A stretch of DNA of 50,672 bases from a virus (lineage: Duplodnaviria; Caudoviricetes), in IMG/VR virus record IMGVR_UViG_3300028364_000048, positions 1 to 50,672 of that record, one strand, 5' to 3'. Of the stretch, positions 36,960 through 45,352 are shown piece after piece. Each line of letters opens with the position of its first letter. The first letter of the stretch is position 1. The translations under genes were made by a program, and so were the position numbers. The notes under the pieces are model-generated. The model was not told the origin of the DNA and did not search any database. It worked only from the letters and a program-made list of their open reading frames with translations.

Positions 36960-37099
36960 GTTGTTCTTTCTTTTGTTTGCTTACGTTGTATTTGCATCTA
37001 AACTTTATTTTAGAGTGTGCGGCGGGTGGAACATTGGCCGGGAGCTACCCGTTTGAATACCAATCTTCCACCCTATACAAGTAGCACACACAAAAGAAA

Positions 37100-37640
37100 G
37101 TGTCGATAGTTCACAATATACCAATATTTATCTTAAGTATATCGTAGAAATAACTTATTTTACGGGTTACATTATTTTACAGCCCTGTTTTGGTGGCCAT
37201 TCATTGACACTACTTTTAAAGCCAGGCTTGGTTATGAATTATTTTTTACTCATTTTTTTTACCAAAGCAGGTCTGATTTGATACTTTTGGTCAATTTGGC
37301 AATTCCTTTAACCAAGCGCAAACTTTTTATGATTCTTCAAAATTATTGAGATTTTTTTGTAGTTTTTTTAAAAGTCCAAATCCCTTTAACCTTAACCAAC
37401 TTCAATAACCAAGTAAAAGCCAGCTAACTATTTGATACTGTTATCTTTATTTTCTTCTTGGTTAGTTGGTTAAGATGGTTAATATAATATAGAGAAGGGT
37501 GTATAAAAAAGAACTACTTTGGAATTTAGGAATCTTGCAAGATATTATATGTTTTTGTTATTTTATTATTATATGACTTGTGTCAATTAACCAACCAACC
37601 AAGTAACCAAGGATCCTCAAATATCCAATCAGTTGGACCC
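37100..37640. other. AT-rich non-coding region with TAACCAA iterons, putative replication origin
   Basis: No ORF >=60 aa between 36960 and 37717; ~10 AACCAA/TTGGTT copies in both orientations; near the primase-helicase gene. Confidence 0.6.
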
Positions 37641-37658
37641 AATTCCATACCCCTGTAT

Positions 37659-37703
37659 GCCATGACACGTGGTGCCCCAGGCCATGACACGTGGTGCACC
37701 CAG
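37659..37703. repeat. Tandem 22-23 bp duplication
   Basis: GCCATGACACGTGGTGC(A)CCCAG x2. Confidence 0.8.
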
Positions 37704-37767
37704 GGTGAGGACGGGCATTGCTGCCCACCCGTCTAGACTCTCGGAGGATCCTTTCGGGAGAGTTAGT

Positions 37768-37932
37768 TCAATCTACGAGGAAGCTGTTGTTGATTACTGA
37801 AAGAACCATCCAGCCATCCGATGCCTTGCAGGTGACACGACCTTTGGAGATCACCTCGGCCCGGGTTCCTTTGACGTTGCCGTCTGTGTGCTCGGCGCCG
37901 GTGTTCTTGTTGTAAAAGATGATCTTGAACAT
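37768..37932 (-). CDS. Small early protein (cassette gene)
   Basis: AAGGA RBS after promoter copy 10. Confidence 0.55.
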   Translation of the reverse strand: MFKIIFYNKNTGAEHTDGNVKGTRAEVISKGRVTCKASDGWMVLSVINNSFLVD

Positions 37933-37960
37933 TTTCTGGTTCCTTGTGAGTATGTTGGTA

Positions 37961-38003
37961 TTGTCCGTAAGAATAGAATATCGTGTACAGCAAGGCTTGT
38001 ACA
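37961..38003 (-). promoter_or_regulatory. Repeated early promoter element, copy 10 (stem-loop)
   Basis: TGTACA-N17-TATTCT-ATTCTTACGGACAA; 11-bp inverted repeat TATCGTGTACA/TGTACACGATA at 37979-38008. Confidence 0.8.
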
Positions 38004-38019
38004 CGATAAAGGTGAGGCA

Positions 38020-38211
38020 TCACCAATTATTTTCAACAGCCTCGCGAACCGCTTCTTTCCACTCAGCAGCGGCAGCTTGAAGAACAGCGTTCGCCTTGTC
38101 CCAGTCTTCTTCCGAGCCAAGCATCGCATTGACGCGACGAGCGTTGGCTTGATCCATACGCATCCGTGCAATTTCCTGGCGGTTCTTGTTGTTTTCTTGC
38201 GCGTTTGTCAT
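38020..38211 (-). CDS. Small early protein (cassette gene)
   Basis: AAGGAACGATACA-ATG leader after promoter copy 11. Confidence 0.6.
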   Translation of the reverse strand: MTNAQENNKNRQEIARMRMDQANARRVNAMLGSEEDWDKANAVLQAAAAEWKEAVREAVENNW

Positions 38212-38232
38212 TGTATCGTTCCTTGTTTGTAT

Positions 38233-38275
38233 GTGTCCGTAAGACTAGGATATGCCGTGTCGCAGGGCTTGTACA
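38233..38275 (-). promoter_or_regulatory. Repeated early promoter element, copy 11
   Basis: TGTACA-N17-TATCCT-AGTCTTACGGACAC. Confidence 0.8.
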
Positions 38276-38315
38276 CACTTTTGTTTGGAAATGCACGCAT
38301 TTTTTCCCGGAAAGG

Positions 38316-38339
38316 GTAGGGGCCGAAGCCCCTACTTTT
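38316..38339 (-). terminator. Hairpin terminator after 38339 gene
   Basis: GTAGGGGC-CGAA-GCCCCTAC stem. Confidence 0.6.
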
Positions 38340-38545
38340 TAGTTCAAGTCCCACTTTACTCCTTGTGTTTCTTCGTTGTGCTTGGCGATGATCTCAACAT
38401 CCTCTTCAGTCATGTCAGGAAACCCGGGCTTCATCTCACGGATTACGCGGCGGAGTTCACTCTGGGTCTTTTCACCACGAGAGAAATATGCGGCTACCAG
38501 GGCGGCTGCCATTTGGTTTTCGGGGGACATCGTATCGTCTGACAT
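38339..38545 (-). CDS. Small early protein (cassette gene)
   Basis: Same AAGGAACGATACA-ATG leader as the 38211 gene. Confidence 0.6.
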   Translation of the reverse strand: MSDDTMSPENQMAAALVAAYFSRGEKTQSELRRVIREMKPGFPDMTEEDVEIIAKHNEETQGVKWDLN

Positions 38546-38566
38546 TGTATCGTTCCTTGTTTGTAT

Positions 38567-38609
38567 GTTTCCGTAAGAATAGAATATCGTGCGAGGCAAG
38601 GCTTGTACA
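38567..38609 (-). promoter_or_regulatory. Repeated early promoter element, copy 12
   Basis: TGTACA-N17-TATTCT-ATTCTTACGGAAAC. Confidence 0.8.
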
Positions 38610-38675
38610 CAGTAAAAGTGAGATTTCACCACTTATTTTGGCCTGAAACTTTTTGCAACTTTGCGCATTTTGTTG

Positions 38676-38718
38676 TGTACACGATGGCAAGAACGAGGTA
38701 TTCTATTCTTACGGACAC
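38676..38718 (+). promoter_or_regulatory. Repeated early promoter element, copy 13 (only + strand copy, divergent from copy 12)
   Basis: TGTACA-N17-TATTCT-ATTCTTACGGACAC. Confidence 0.8.
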
Positions 38719-38737
38719 CTAAACAAAGGATACACCA

Positions 38738-38938
38738 ATGACCATAAAGTTCCCAGAAGCCACAGTCAATTTAAACAGCGTGGATGGAAACGCCTTCTCG
38801 ATACTCGCGGCTGTTAGAAAAGCGTTGCGCGATGAAGGGGCTACGCAAGAAGAAGTCAAGACCTACATCGATGAAGCAACGAGCGGTGATTATGACAACC
38901 TGCTGCAAGTGTCGATGAGGTGGGTGAACGTCGAGTAA
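38738..38938 (+). CDS. Conserved small phage protein (cassette gene)
   Basis: DGNAFSIL..V.KAL...G...EATSGDYDNLL block; AAGGA RBS. Confidence 0.7.
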   Translation: MTIKFPEATVNLNSVDGNAFSILAAVRKALRDEGATQEEVKTYIDEATSGDYDNLLQVSMRWVNVE

Positions 38939-38949
38939 ACACTGAACGA

Positions 38950-38979
38950 TCAGGCACCCAAAAGAAAGTGGGTGCCTGA
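38950..38979 (+). terminator. Hairpin after 38738 gene
   Basis: TCAGGCACCCA...TGGGTGCCTGA 11-bp stem. Confidence 0.55.
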
Positions 38980-39084
38980 CAGACCACGCCCTAAAACTAT
39001 TTTTCAACGAGGCAAAATAAACTATTTACTTATCAACAAGGTCAAAATATACTGTACATATGAATTGCATAGATGCCCCACAAA

Positions 39085-39184
39085 AAAATGCGTGCATGCC
39101 CTGTAGAGCGGGGCGGCCCCGTGCTTGACTTGCAAAAAATTGAAAAAATGCGTGCATGCCCGGTAGAGCAGGGCAACTTCGTGC
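39085..39184 (+). repeat. Imperfect ~40-bp direct repeat, period 60
   Basis: AAAATGCGTGCATGCCC(T/G)GTAGAGC(G/A)GGGC...CGTGC x2. Confidence 0.8.
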
Positions 39185-39684
39185 CTAACCACGACACAGA
39201 ATACAATGTTGCAATGTGCAGTGGTAGGAAAACCCTTGAGTTAATCGACGGCCTGCGCTTAGGCCATGGCGTACACGCATTCGCACCGGTGATTAGGCGA
39301 CCAGGCAAAAAGCCTTTAGTCGCGCTACCTGGTTTTCTTTTTATACCAACGCAAGAATTCGAAGATGCGGAGCACCTTGCAAGGTGCGGCTTAGTTCCAC
39401 CTTTTTCACCACTCATAATGGCTTCAAAATTAATGACATGCCGGCATGAAGAGCTTGTTGTCTTCGAGAAAGCTGTAAATGACATGAACATAGATTTGTC
39501 ACTTTTCAATGGCTCACTACGCGAGGGTGACAATGTAATGGTGACAGCAGGACCGTTTAACGGATTATCTGCCGTGGTCAAAGGAATGCGAATTGAGGGC
39601 AGCATTATGGTTACTCTCAACCTAGACATGTTTGGCAAAAGCCAGGAAATAAGCCTACCACTTTCAATGCTTGAAAGAACCTGA
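39181..39684 (+). CDS. NusG/RfaH-family transcription antiterminator
   Basis: NGN-like GVHAFAP...LPGFLFI and KOW motif GDNVMVTAGPFNG...V.LDMFG; start uncertain (39073 possible). Confidence 0.8.
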   Translation: MPNHDTEYNVAMCSGRKTLELIDGLRLGHGVHAFAPVIRRPGKKPLVALPGFLFIPTQEFEDAEHLARCGLVPPFSPLIMASKLMTCRHEELVVFEKAVNDMNIDLSLFNGSLREGDNVMVTAGPFNGLSAVVKGMRIEGSIMVTLNLDMFGKSQEISLPLSMLERT

Positions 39685-39770
39685 CTCACTGAGACAGGTT
39701 GTAGGTTGTTGAGGTGAAGCGCCTCCGATATAAATAATCTTGAAAAGGGTTTAGAAAAGCGGGCAGTAAA

Positions 39771-40286
39771 ATGAGTTACCTACAAATAAGGTCTCCTTGG
39801 AACAGGCGCAAAGTAGAAAGCGCCGAGGAACTTTGGTCTACCTTCATGGAATATGTGAAGCACAGTGACAGTAGTTTTCTTGTCGAGCCAAAGATTTTCA
39901 GCACCAAAACAGGTATTGTGCATGGCAACCTTGACAAGGTGCGTCCATTCACGCTGCATGGCTTTTGCAACTTCGTTGGAATACACCCAGGAACTTGGGA
40001 CGGATGGAAGAAAGAAGATCGCGAAGAATTCTTTGCCTCAGTGCAGCTTCAAATCGAAAGCATCATATATGATCAGCAGTATCAAGGCGCGGTTGCAAAT
40101 ATATTCAACGTCACTATGGTTTCACGTAAGCTCGGTCTTGCTGACAAGAGTGAATTTTCAGGGCCAGGTGGAAAACCAATACAAGTAGACGGGATGACAG
40201 CGCGTGAACGAGTCGCTAGCAAGCTCCTTAGCCTCTCTTCCCGAGAGTCAGCGTTCAATGATCCTGTCGGAGATGACGGAGAGTGA
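39771..40286 (+). CDS. terS: Terminase small subunit (P22 gp3-like)
   Basis: RPFTLHGFC.F.GI...W, IIY.QQ..GA...FN...SRKLGL.DK, GPGGKPI; upstream of TerL. Confidence 0.85.
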   Translation: MSYLQIRSPWNRRKVESAEELWSTFMEYVKHSDSSFLVEPKIFSTKTGIVHGNLDKVRPFTLHGFCNFVGIHPGTWDGWKKEDREEFFASVQLQIESIIYDQQYQGAVANIFNVTMVSRKLGLADKSEFSGPGGKPIQVDGMTARERVASKLLSLSSRESAFNDPVGDDGE

Positions 40287-41496
40287 CCTAGCTGAACTTG
40301 AGTATGATTGGCAATTCTGGGGCCGTCAAAATCAGCTTGCCCCTAAAGGAATATGGTCCACTTGGCTGGCGTTGGCTGGCCGAGGTTTTGGTAAGACAGA
40401 GGCAGGAGCGCAGTGGATTAAAGGGCGTGTTGAGTCTGGGTTCGAGCACCTTGCACTTATCGCTGAAACCCAAAAAGACCTCGACTCCGTTATGGTTCCA
40501 AGAATACTCTCAATCTACCCTGAAAATGAAAGGCCTATTGCAAGGTTTAAACCCACAAAAATAATTTGGCCAAATGGTGCGGTTGCTCAGGGCTATACCG
40601 GCACAGAGCCAGATCAGCTTCGTGGACCTGAATTTGATAGTGCCTGGGTTGACGAGCTAGCAAAATATCGATATGCAAGAGAAGTCTGGGACATGTTGGC
40701 CTTCACTATGCGCAAAGGTGATGATCCGAGAGTGTTCGTCAGTACAACACCAAGACCAATACCGGTTATAAAGGAAATATTGCGCGACGCGTCCACAGTG
40801 GTGACCAGGGGTTCAACCTTCGATAACGCTGGTAATTTGCCAAAGGCCTTCCTTGACAAGCTTAAGAAAAGATATGCCGGCACACGCTTAGGTCGCCAAG
40901 AACTTGAAGCCGAAATGCTGGAAGACTTGGTTGGTGCTCTTTGGAACCAAGACGAGATTGACAAGCTTCGGATAGAAGAGCTTCCGGACATGCGGCGCAT
41001 TGTTGTAGCGATTGACCCAAGCGGAACCAAAGGTGTAGAAGATGACGGCGACAGTATTGGCATCGTGATTGCAGGCAAAGGTGTCGATGGTCTCGGATAC
41101 GTTATGGGCGACTTCACGTGCAAACTCTCCCCTGATGGTTGGGGCAAGCGCGCAGTACAGGCTTATAATAAATTCGGAGCCGATCGTATTGTGGCTGAAC
41201 GAAACTATGGTGGCGCAATGGTCGAGCACGTTATTCGCACCGTTGATAAAAATATCAGCTACAAAGAAGTGACTGCCAGCCGTGGCAAGGTGGTTCGTGC
41301 AGAACCCATCGCCGCACTTTACGAGCAAAAGCGCGTAATCCACGTCGGGGATTTTCCCGAGCTTGAAGAGCAAATGTGCCTAATGGGGCCAGATGGTTTC
41401 GTAGGCGAAGGTTCACCCGACCGTCTTGACGCACTGGTGTGGGCACTAACAGATTTAATGATGAGCGATGATAGCTCATGGGAGGGCACAATATGA
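40204..41496 (+). CDS. terL: Terminase large subunit
   Basis: AGRGFGKT, LRGPEFD.AWVDE, STTPRP, VAIDPS and DRLDALVWA motifs. Confidence 0.95.
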   Translation: MNESLASSLASLPESQRSMILSEMTESDLAELEYDWQFWGRQNQLAPKGIWSTWLALAGRGFGKTEAGAQWIKGRVESGFEHLALIAETQKDLDSVMVPRILSIYPENERPIARFKPTKIIWPNGAVAQGYTGTEPDQLRGPEFDSAWVDELAKYRYAREVWDMLAFTMRKGDDPRVFVSTTPRPIPVIKEILRDASTVVTRGSTFDNAGNLPKAFLDKLKKRYAGTRLGRQELEAEMLEDLVGALWNQDEIDKLRIEELPDMRRIVVAIDPSGTKGVEDDGDSIGIVIAGKGVDGLGYVMGDFTCKLSPDGWGKRAVQAYNKFGADRIVAERNYGGAMVEHVIRTVDKNISYKEVTASRGKVVRAEPIAALYEQKRVIHVGDFPELEEQMCLMGPDGFVGEGSPDRLDALVWALTDLMMSDDSSWEGTI

Positions 41497-42827
41497 ATTT
41501 CTTAGATGGCCTTCTCAACTACGTTTCGCGTCTTGGCACCAGTCGTGACAAGGCCTCGGCATCAATTTATGAGCTGGTTCAAATTGAAGAAAGCCAGCTC
41601 ATCGCGATGTACCGCAGTTCTGCAGTGGCGCGCAAGATCATCGACATGCCGGCCGAAGATAGTCTTCGCGAGTGGCGCGAGTGGTCGGCTGAAGCGGATC
41701 AGATCACGGATATCGAGGCCGAGGAAAACCGCCTCGGATATCAAGCTGCTATGATAAAGTGCTCAAAGCGCGCAGGGCTGTTTGGCGGCTGTGCAATATT
41801 TATCGGCACCGGCGAAGAAAACCTTGAAAAACCTCTCAATCCTGAGAGCATTGGTTTTGGCGGCGTCAAGTATTTGACCGTTGTCAGCCGTCAAGATTTG
41901 TCTGTTGGTATTCTCGAAGCTGACCCGCGTTCGACAAATTATGGGAAGCCCGACTTTTACCACATGAGCACAGTCACAGGGTTGCTGACAATCCACCCGT
42001 CGCGCCTGGTCATTTTGAGAGGCGATGAGCTTCCAGACGAGCGTTACACTGGTATGAACCTTGGGTGGGGTGACCCGGTTCTTCAGGCAGTGCTTACAGA
42101 TGTGCGAAACCTTGATGCAACTTTCGCGAATGTGGCAAGCCTCATTTTTGAAGCCAAAGTTGACGTTATGTCGATTGACGGATTTAACGATGGGCTGCGG
42201 TCAGGAGGTAGAGCGTATGAGGAATTGCTTCTTACGCGTTCAGCACTGACAGCTACCGGAAAAGGAATTAACGGCACTTTGCTGATGGATGTCAAAGACA
42301 AGTATGATCAAAAGAGCGCCAGCTTCGCAACGCTGCCTGACATCATGGATCGATACATGCAGATGGTCAGTGCAGCAGCTGGAATTCCAATGACCAAGCT
42401 GTTTGGCATGTCACCGGGAGGACTGAATGCAACTGGCGACTCGGACGACAGGTCATACTATGACCGGATCAAGGTTTTGCAGACGCTTGAGTATACCCCC
42501 GCAACGGCAATCCTGGATGAGTGCCTGATCCGCTCTGCCATCGGCTCCCGCCCGCCGGAAATCTATTACAAATGGAAGCCGCTCTGGCAGCCGACCCAAA
42601 AGGAAAGTGCTGAAACCGGTAAGGTTCTGGCAGATACTTTCAAGATTGTTTACGACATGGACATTTTGCCTGAAGAAGCAATTGCAAAATCGCTTGTGAA
42701 TGCCTTGACGGAAAGTGGTCTCGCGCCGGGACTAGAGAGCAACGTGGCTGAGTATTTTGCAGGGGCCAAGGCAGACGGCGATGACGACAATGACGCCACT
42801 GACGTGGCAGATGATTACAATGAGTGA
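41493..42827 (+). CDS. Portal protein (DUF1073-type)
   Basis: IIDMPAEDSLREW, AAAGIPMTKLFG.SPGGLNATGDSD...YYD, PLWQ; follows TerL. Confidence 0.9.
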   Translation: MNFLDGLLNYVSRLGTSRDKASASIYELVQIEESQLIAMYRSSAVARKIIDMPAEDSLREWREWSAEADQITDIEAEENRLGYQAAMIKCSKRAGLFGGCAIFIGTGEENLEKPLNPESIGFGGVKYLTVVSRQDLSVGILEADPRSTNYGKPDFYHMSTVTGLLTIHPSRLVILRGDELPDERYTGMNLGWGDPVLQAVLTDVRNLDATFANVASLIFEAKVDVMSIDGFNDGLRSGGRAYEELLLTRSALTATGKGINGTLLMDVKDKYDQKSASFATLPDIMDRYMQMVSAAAGIPMTKLFGMSPGGLNATGDSDDRSYYDRIKVLQTLEYTPATAILDECLIRSAIGSRPPEIYYKWKPLWQPTQKESAETGKVLADTFKIVYDMDILPEEAIAKSLVNALTESGLAPGLESNVAEYFAGAKADGDDDNDATDVADDYNE

Positions 42828-42836
42828 GGTGGTGAA

Positions 42837-43934
42837 ATGAATTTCACAGATGCGATGCATGTCACCGGCCAGATCAACCGGTCTGACACCGGGGCCGTCG
42901 TCTTTGCGCGCGTTGCGCGAGGTGGCAACGTGCAGGACTATCTTGGCTCTGAAATGGGCTTTCCTGATCGGAATGTCATCAGGGTTTACCGCCCTTTGGA
43001 TCAGGTTTTCTCAACAGCTGCGATCAATAGCTATGCGCGCAAGCCGATTACGATTGGCCACCCCAAAGGCGGAGTGACGACTGACAGTTGGAAAGAGCTA
43101 GCTGTTGGCGAGATTGATCCTGTTGGCATTATGCGCGATGGCGAGATGGTCACTGTGCCACTGGTATTCCGCGACGGCCCTGCCATAGCTATGCTTGACT
43201 CGCCTGATGGCCCAAAAGAGTTATCGATGGGATACTCTGCTGACGTTGAGTTTGTTGACGGTGTTTCTCCCAGCGGCGATCCGTATGACGCCACAATGTC
43301 TAATTTCATCATGGACCACGTTGCTGTTGTGCCAGAAGCACGCGGCGGAAAAGAATTGCGCATCGGTGACGCGCTTAAATGGGGCGCAGCGCCCCGCCCA
43401 CACACTGTTGAAAAAGTAAAGGATGACAGTATGACAATGCTAACAGTTGTGCTAGGCGATCGGGCGGTGCAAGTTGCCCAAGCCGATGCGCCCGCACTTG
43501 AGAGCTTCAAGGATGCGGTGACTAAAGCCGCAACCGATGCAGCTACGGCATCGACAGCGGTCATCGCCGCCAAAGACGAAGAAATCGGCACGCTGAAGGC
43601 CGACGCCAAAAAGCTGACCGACTCCGCTCTGACTCCTGAGAAGATGACCAAGATGGTCGCTGATCGGGTGGCACTGGAAACCCTGGTCAAATCGATTGCA
43701 CCGACTGTCGAAAGTGCAAATGTCGGCGATGCCGATCTGCGCAAGGCAGCTGTTGCCAGCAAGTACGGCGACGAAATGGTGAAAGACGCCAGCGACGCCG
43801 AAATCACCGGCATGTTCAAGGCGCTGGCCAAGGACGTCAAGCCTGTTGACGCCTTCGCCGATGGCGTCAAGGGCGGCCTGAAGGTTGTAACGAACGACGC
43901 CTGGGGCGCGTTCCTGCCAGCGAAAGGGGCATAA
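42837..43934 (+). CDS. Head maturation protease/scaffold (DUF2213-like)
   Basis: KPITIGHP, KELSMGY and DHVAVV..ARGG motifs; Ala-rich helical C-terminus. Confidence 0.85.
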   Translation: MNFTDAMHVTGQINRSDTGAVVFARVARGGNVQDYLGSEMGFPDRNVIRVYRPLDQVFSTAAINSYARKPITIGHPKGGVTTDSWKELAVGEIDPVGIMRDGEMVTVPLVFRDGPAIAMLDSPDGPKELSMGYSADVEFVDGVSPSGDPYDATMSNFIMDHVAVVPEARGGKELRIGDALKWGAAPRPHTVEKVKDDSMTMLTVVLGDRAVQVAQADAPALESFKDAVTKAATDAATASTAVIAAKDEEIGTLKADAKKLTDSALTPEKMTKMVADRVALETLVKSIAPTVESANVGDADLRKAAVASKYGDEMVKDASDAEITGMFKALAKDVKPVDAFADGVKGGLKVVTNDAWGAFLPAKGA

Positions 43935-43937
43935 GAC

Positions 43938-44321
43938 ATGACAATTCTCACTGAAGGCACGCGAGGTTACGCGTTTCTGGTGTCCGAAGCCAGCGCCATT
44001 TATCGGTCGCGCCAGGAAGTTGTCGTAACGGTCCCGCCGAACAGCACCATCCCGGCTGGTCGGATCATGGGCCGTGTCACCACGGGCGGCAAGTTCGTGG
44101 CTCAGCTTGCCGCTTCCAGCAACGGTTCTCAAACCCCCGCCGGTCTGCTTCTGGTTCCGCAGACCAACACCACCGGCAGTGCGATTGACGTCATGGCCAC
44201 TGTTGTCGCGCGCGCGGCCGAAGTGGTCAAAACTGAAATCACCTATGACCCGGCGGCCAATGCCGCTGCAATTTCCGCCGCTGATGCAGCACTTGCTGCA
44301 CTCGGCATCATTGTGCGCTGA
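43938..44321 (+). CDS. Head decoration protein
   Basis: FLVSEA...RSR...G.IMG...ALAALGIIVR; between protease and capsid. Confidence 0.8.
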   Translation: MTILTEGTRGYAFLVSEASAIYRSRQEVVVTVPPNSTIPAGRIMGRVTTGGKFVAQLAASSNGSQTPAGLLLVPQTNTTGSAIDVMATVVARAAEVVKTEITYDPAANAAAISAADAALAALGIIVR

Positions 44322-44335
44322 AGGAGTAATTCGAC

Positions 44336-45352
44336 ATGGCCACTATGGACATTTTCAACAACTCGGCATTTTCCACGACTTCCCTCTCCGGGTTCGTCCA
44401 GAAAATGCCGTATGTTCCACAACTATTGGGTTCGCTCAATCTGTTCACCCCCAAACCGGTCCGGACGCGAAACGTCTTTGTTGACCGCACCGAGGGCGGC
44501 ATTACGCTGATCCCGACGTCGGCCGCTGGCGCACCGCCTGAGACGCTTAACAGCACCACGCGCGATGCCGTTGCGCTGAAGACCACCCGCCTTGCCAAAG
44601 ATTTCACTCTGTATGCTTCAGAGCTGGATGGCATCCGGGCCAGCGGCACCGAGTCCGAACTGATGGCAGTTCAGTCCGAGTTCAACGCCCGCATGTTGCG
44701 GATCCGGGCTGACATGGAACTGACCCATGAACACCACCGCCTGGGGGCGCTTCAGGGTCTGTTGCTGGACGCTGATGGCAGCACGGTGATCTACGACTAC
44801 GCGACAGAGTTCAACGAGGCGATCCCGACCGCCATCAGCTTCGAACTGGACGTGGTCACGACCGACGTGATCGGCATCTGTAAAGGCATCGCACGCAGCA
44901 TGGCACGGTCGGGCAAAGGTGCTCTTGCCGGCGCGACGATCCACGCGCTTGCCGGTGACGACTTTTATGACATGCTGGTCAAGCACGCCAACGTCGAAAA
45001 GTTCTATCTGAACCAGATGGGCGCTCAGGCGATGCGCGATCAGACCGCCATCTTCGAGAGTTTCAAGATCGGGGGCATCACGTTCCACAACTATCGCGGG
45101 ACGGATGACGGAACGACCGTGGCAGTCCCAACGGATGAGGCCAAATTCTTCCCGATTGGGGCTTCGGGTGTTTTCGAGGTGGCATATGCACCGCTGGAGG
45201 CCGCGGGCTTTGTCAACACACCTGGCCAGCCGCTTTACGCCATGAACATTCCCGACCGTCAACGGAACATGTGGACCAAGGGCGAGCTCTACAGCTACCC
45301 CCTCTATATGTGCTCCCAGCCGCGCGTCCTGCGTAAAGGCACGCTGACATGA
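44336..45352 (+). CDS. Major capsid protein (lambda gpE-like)
   Basis: MDIFN..AFS..SL, EHHRLGALQG..LDADG, VNT.GQP.YA, SYPL..C..P. Confidence 0.9.
   Translation: MATMDIFNNSAFSTTSLSGFVQKMPYVPQLLGSLNLFTPKPVRTRNVFVDRTEGGITLIPTSAAGAPPETLNSTTRDAVALKTTRLAKDFTLYASELDGIRASGTESELMAVQSEFNARMLRIRADMELTHEHHRLGALQGLLLDADGSTVIYDYATEFNEAIPTAISFELDVVTTDVIGICKGIARSMARSGKGALAGATIHALAGDDFYDMLVKHANVEKFYLNQMGAQAMRDQTAIFESFKIGGITFHNYRGTDDGTTVAVPTDEAKFFPIGASGVFEVAYAPLEAAGFVNTPGQPLYAMNIPDRQRNMWTKGELYSYPLYMCSQPRVLRKGTLT

Noticed and set aside
14659-38718. Repeated 43-bp element as a CRISPR array or integron attC array
   Set aside because: Copies are degenerate and separated by whole genes; no cas or integron integrase gene is visible; geometry fits a sigma70 promoter.
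41493-42827. Anti-CBASS Acb1 (a label often attached to DUF1073 proteins)
   Set aside because: Size, position after terL and motifs indicate a portal; no 2H phosphoesterase HxT pair is evident.
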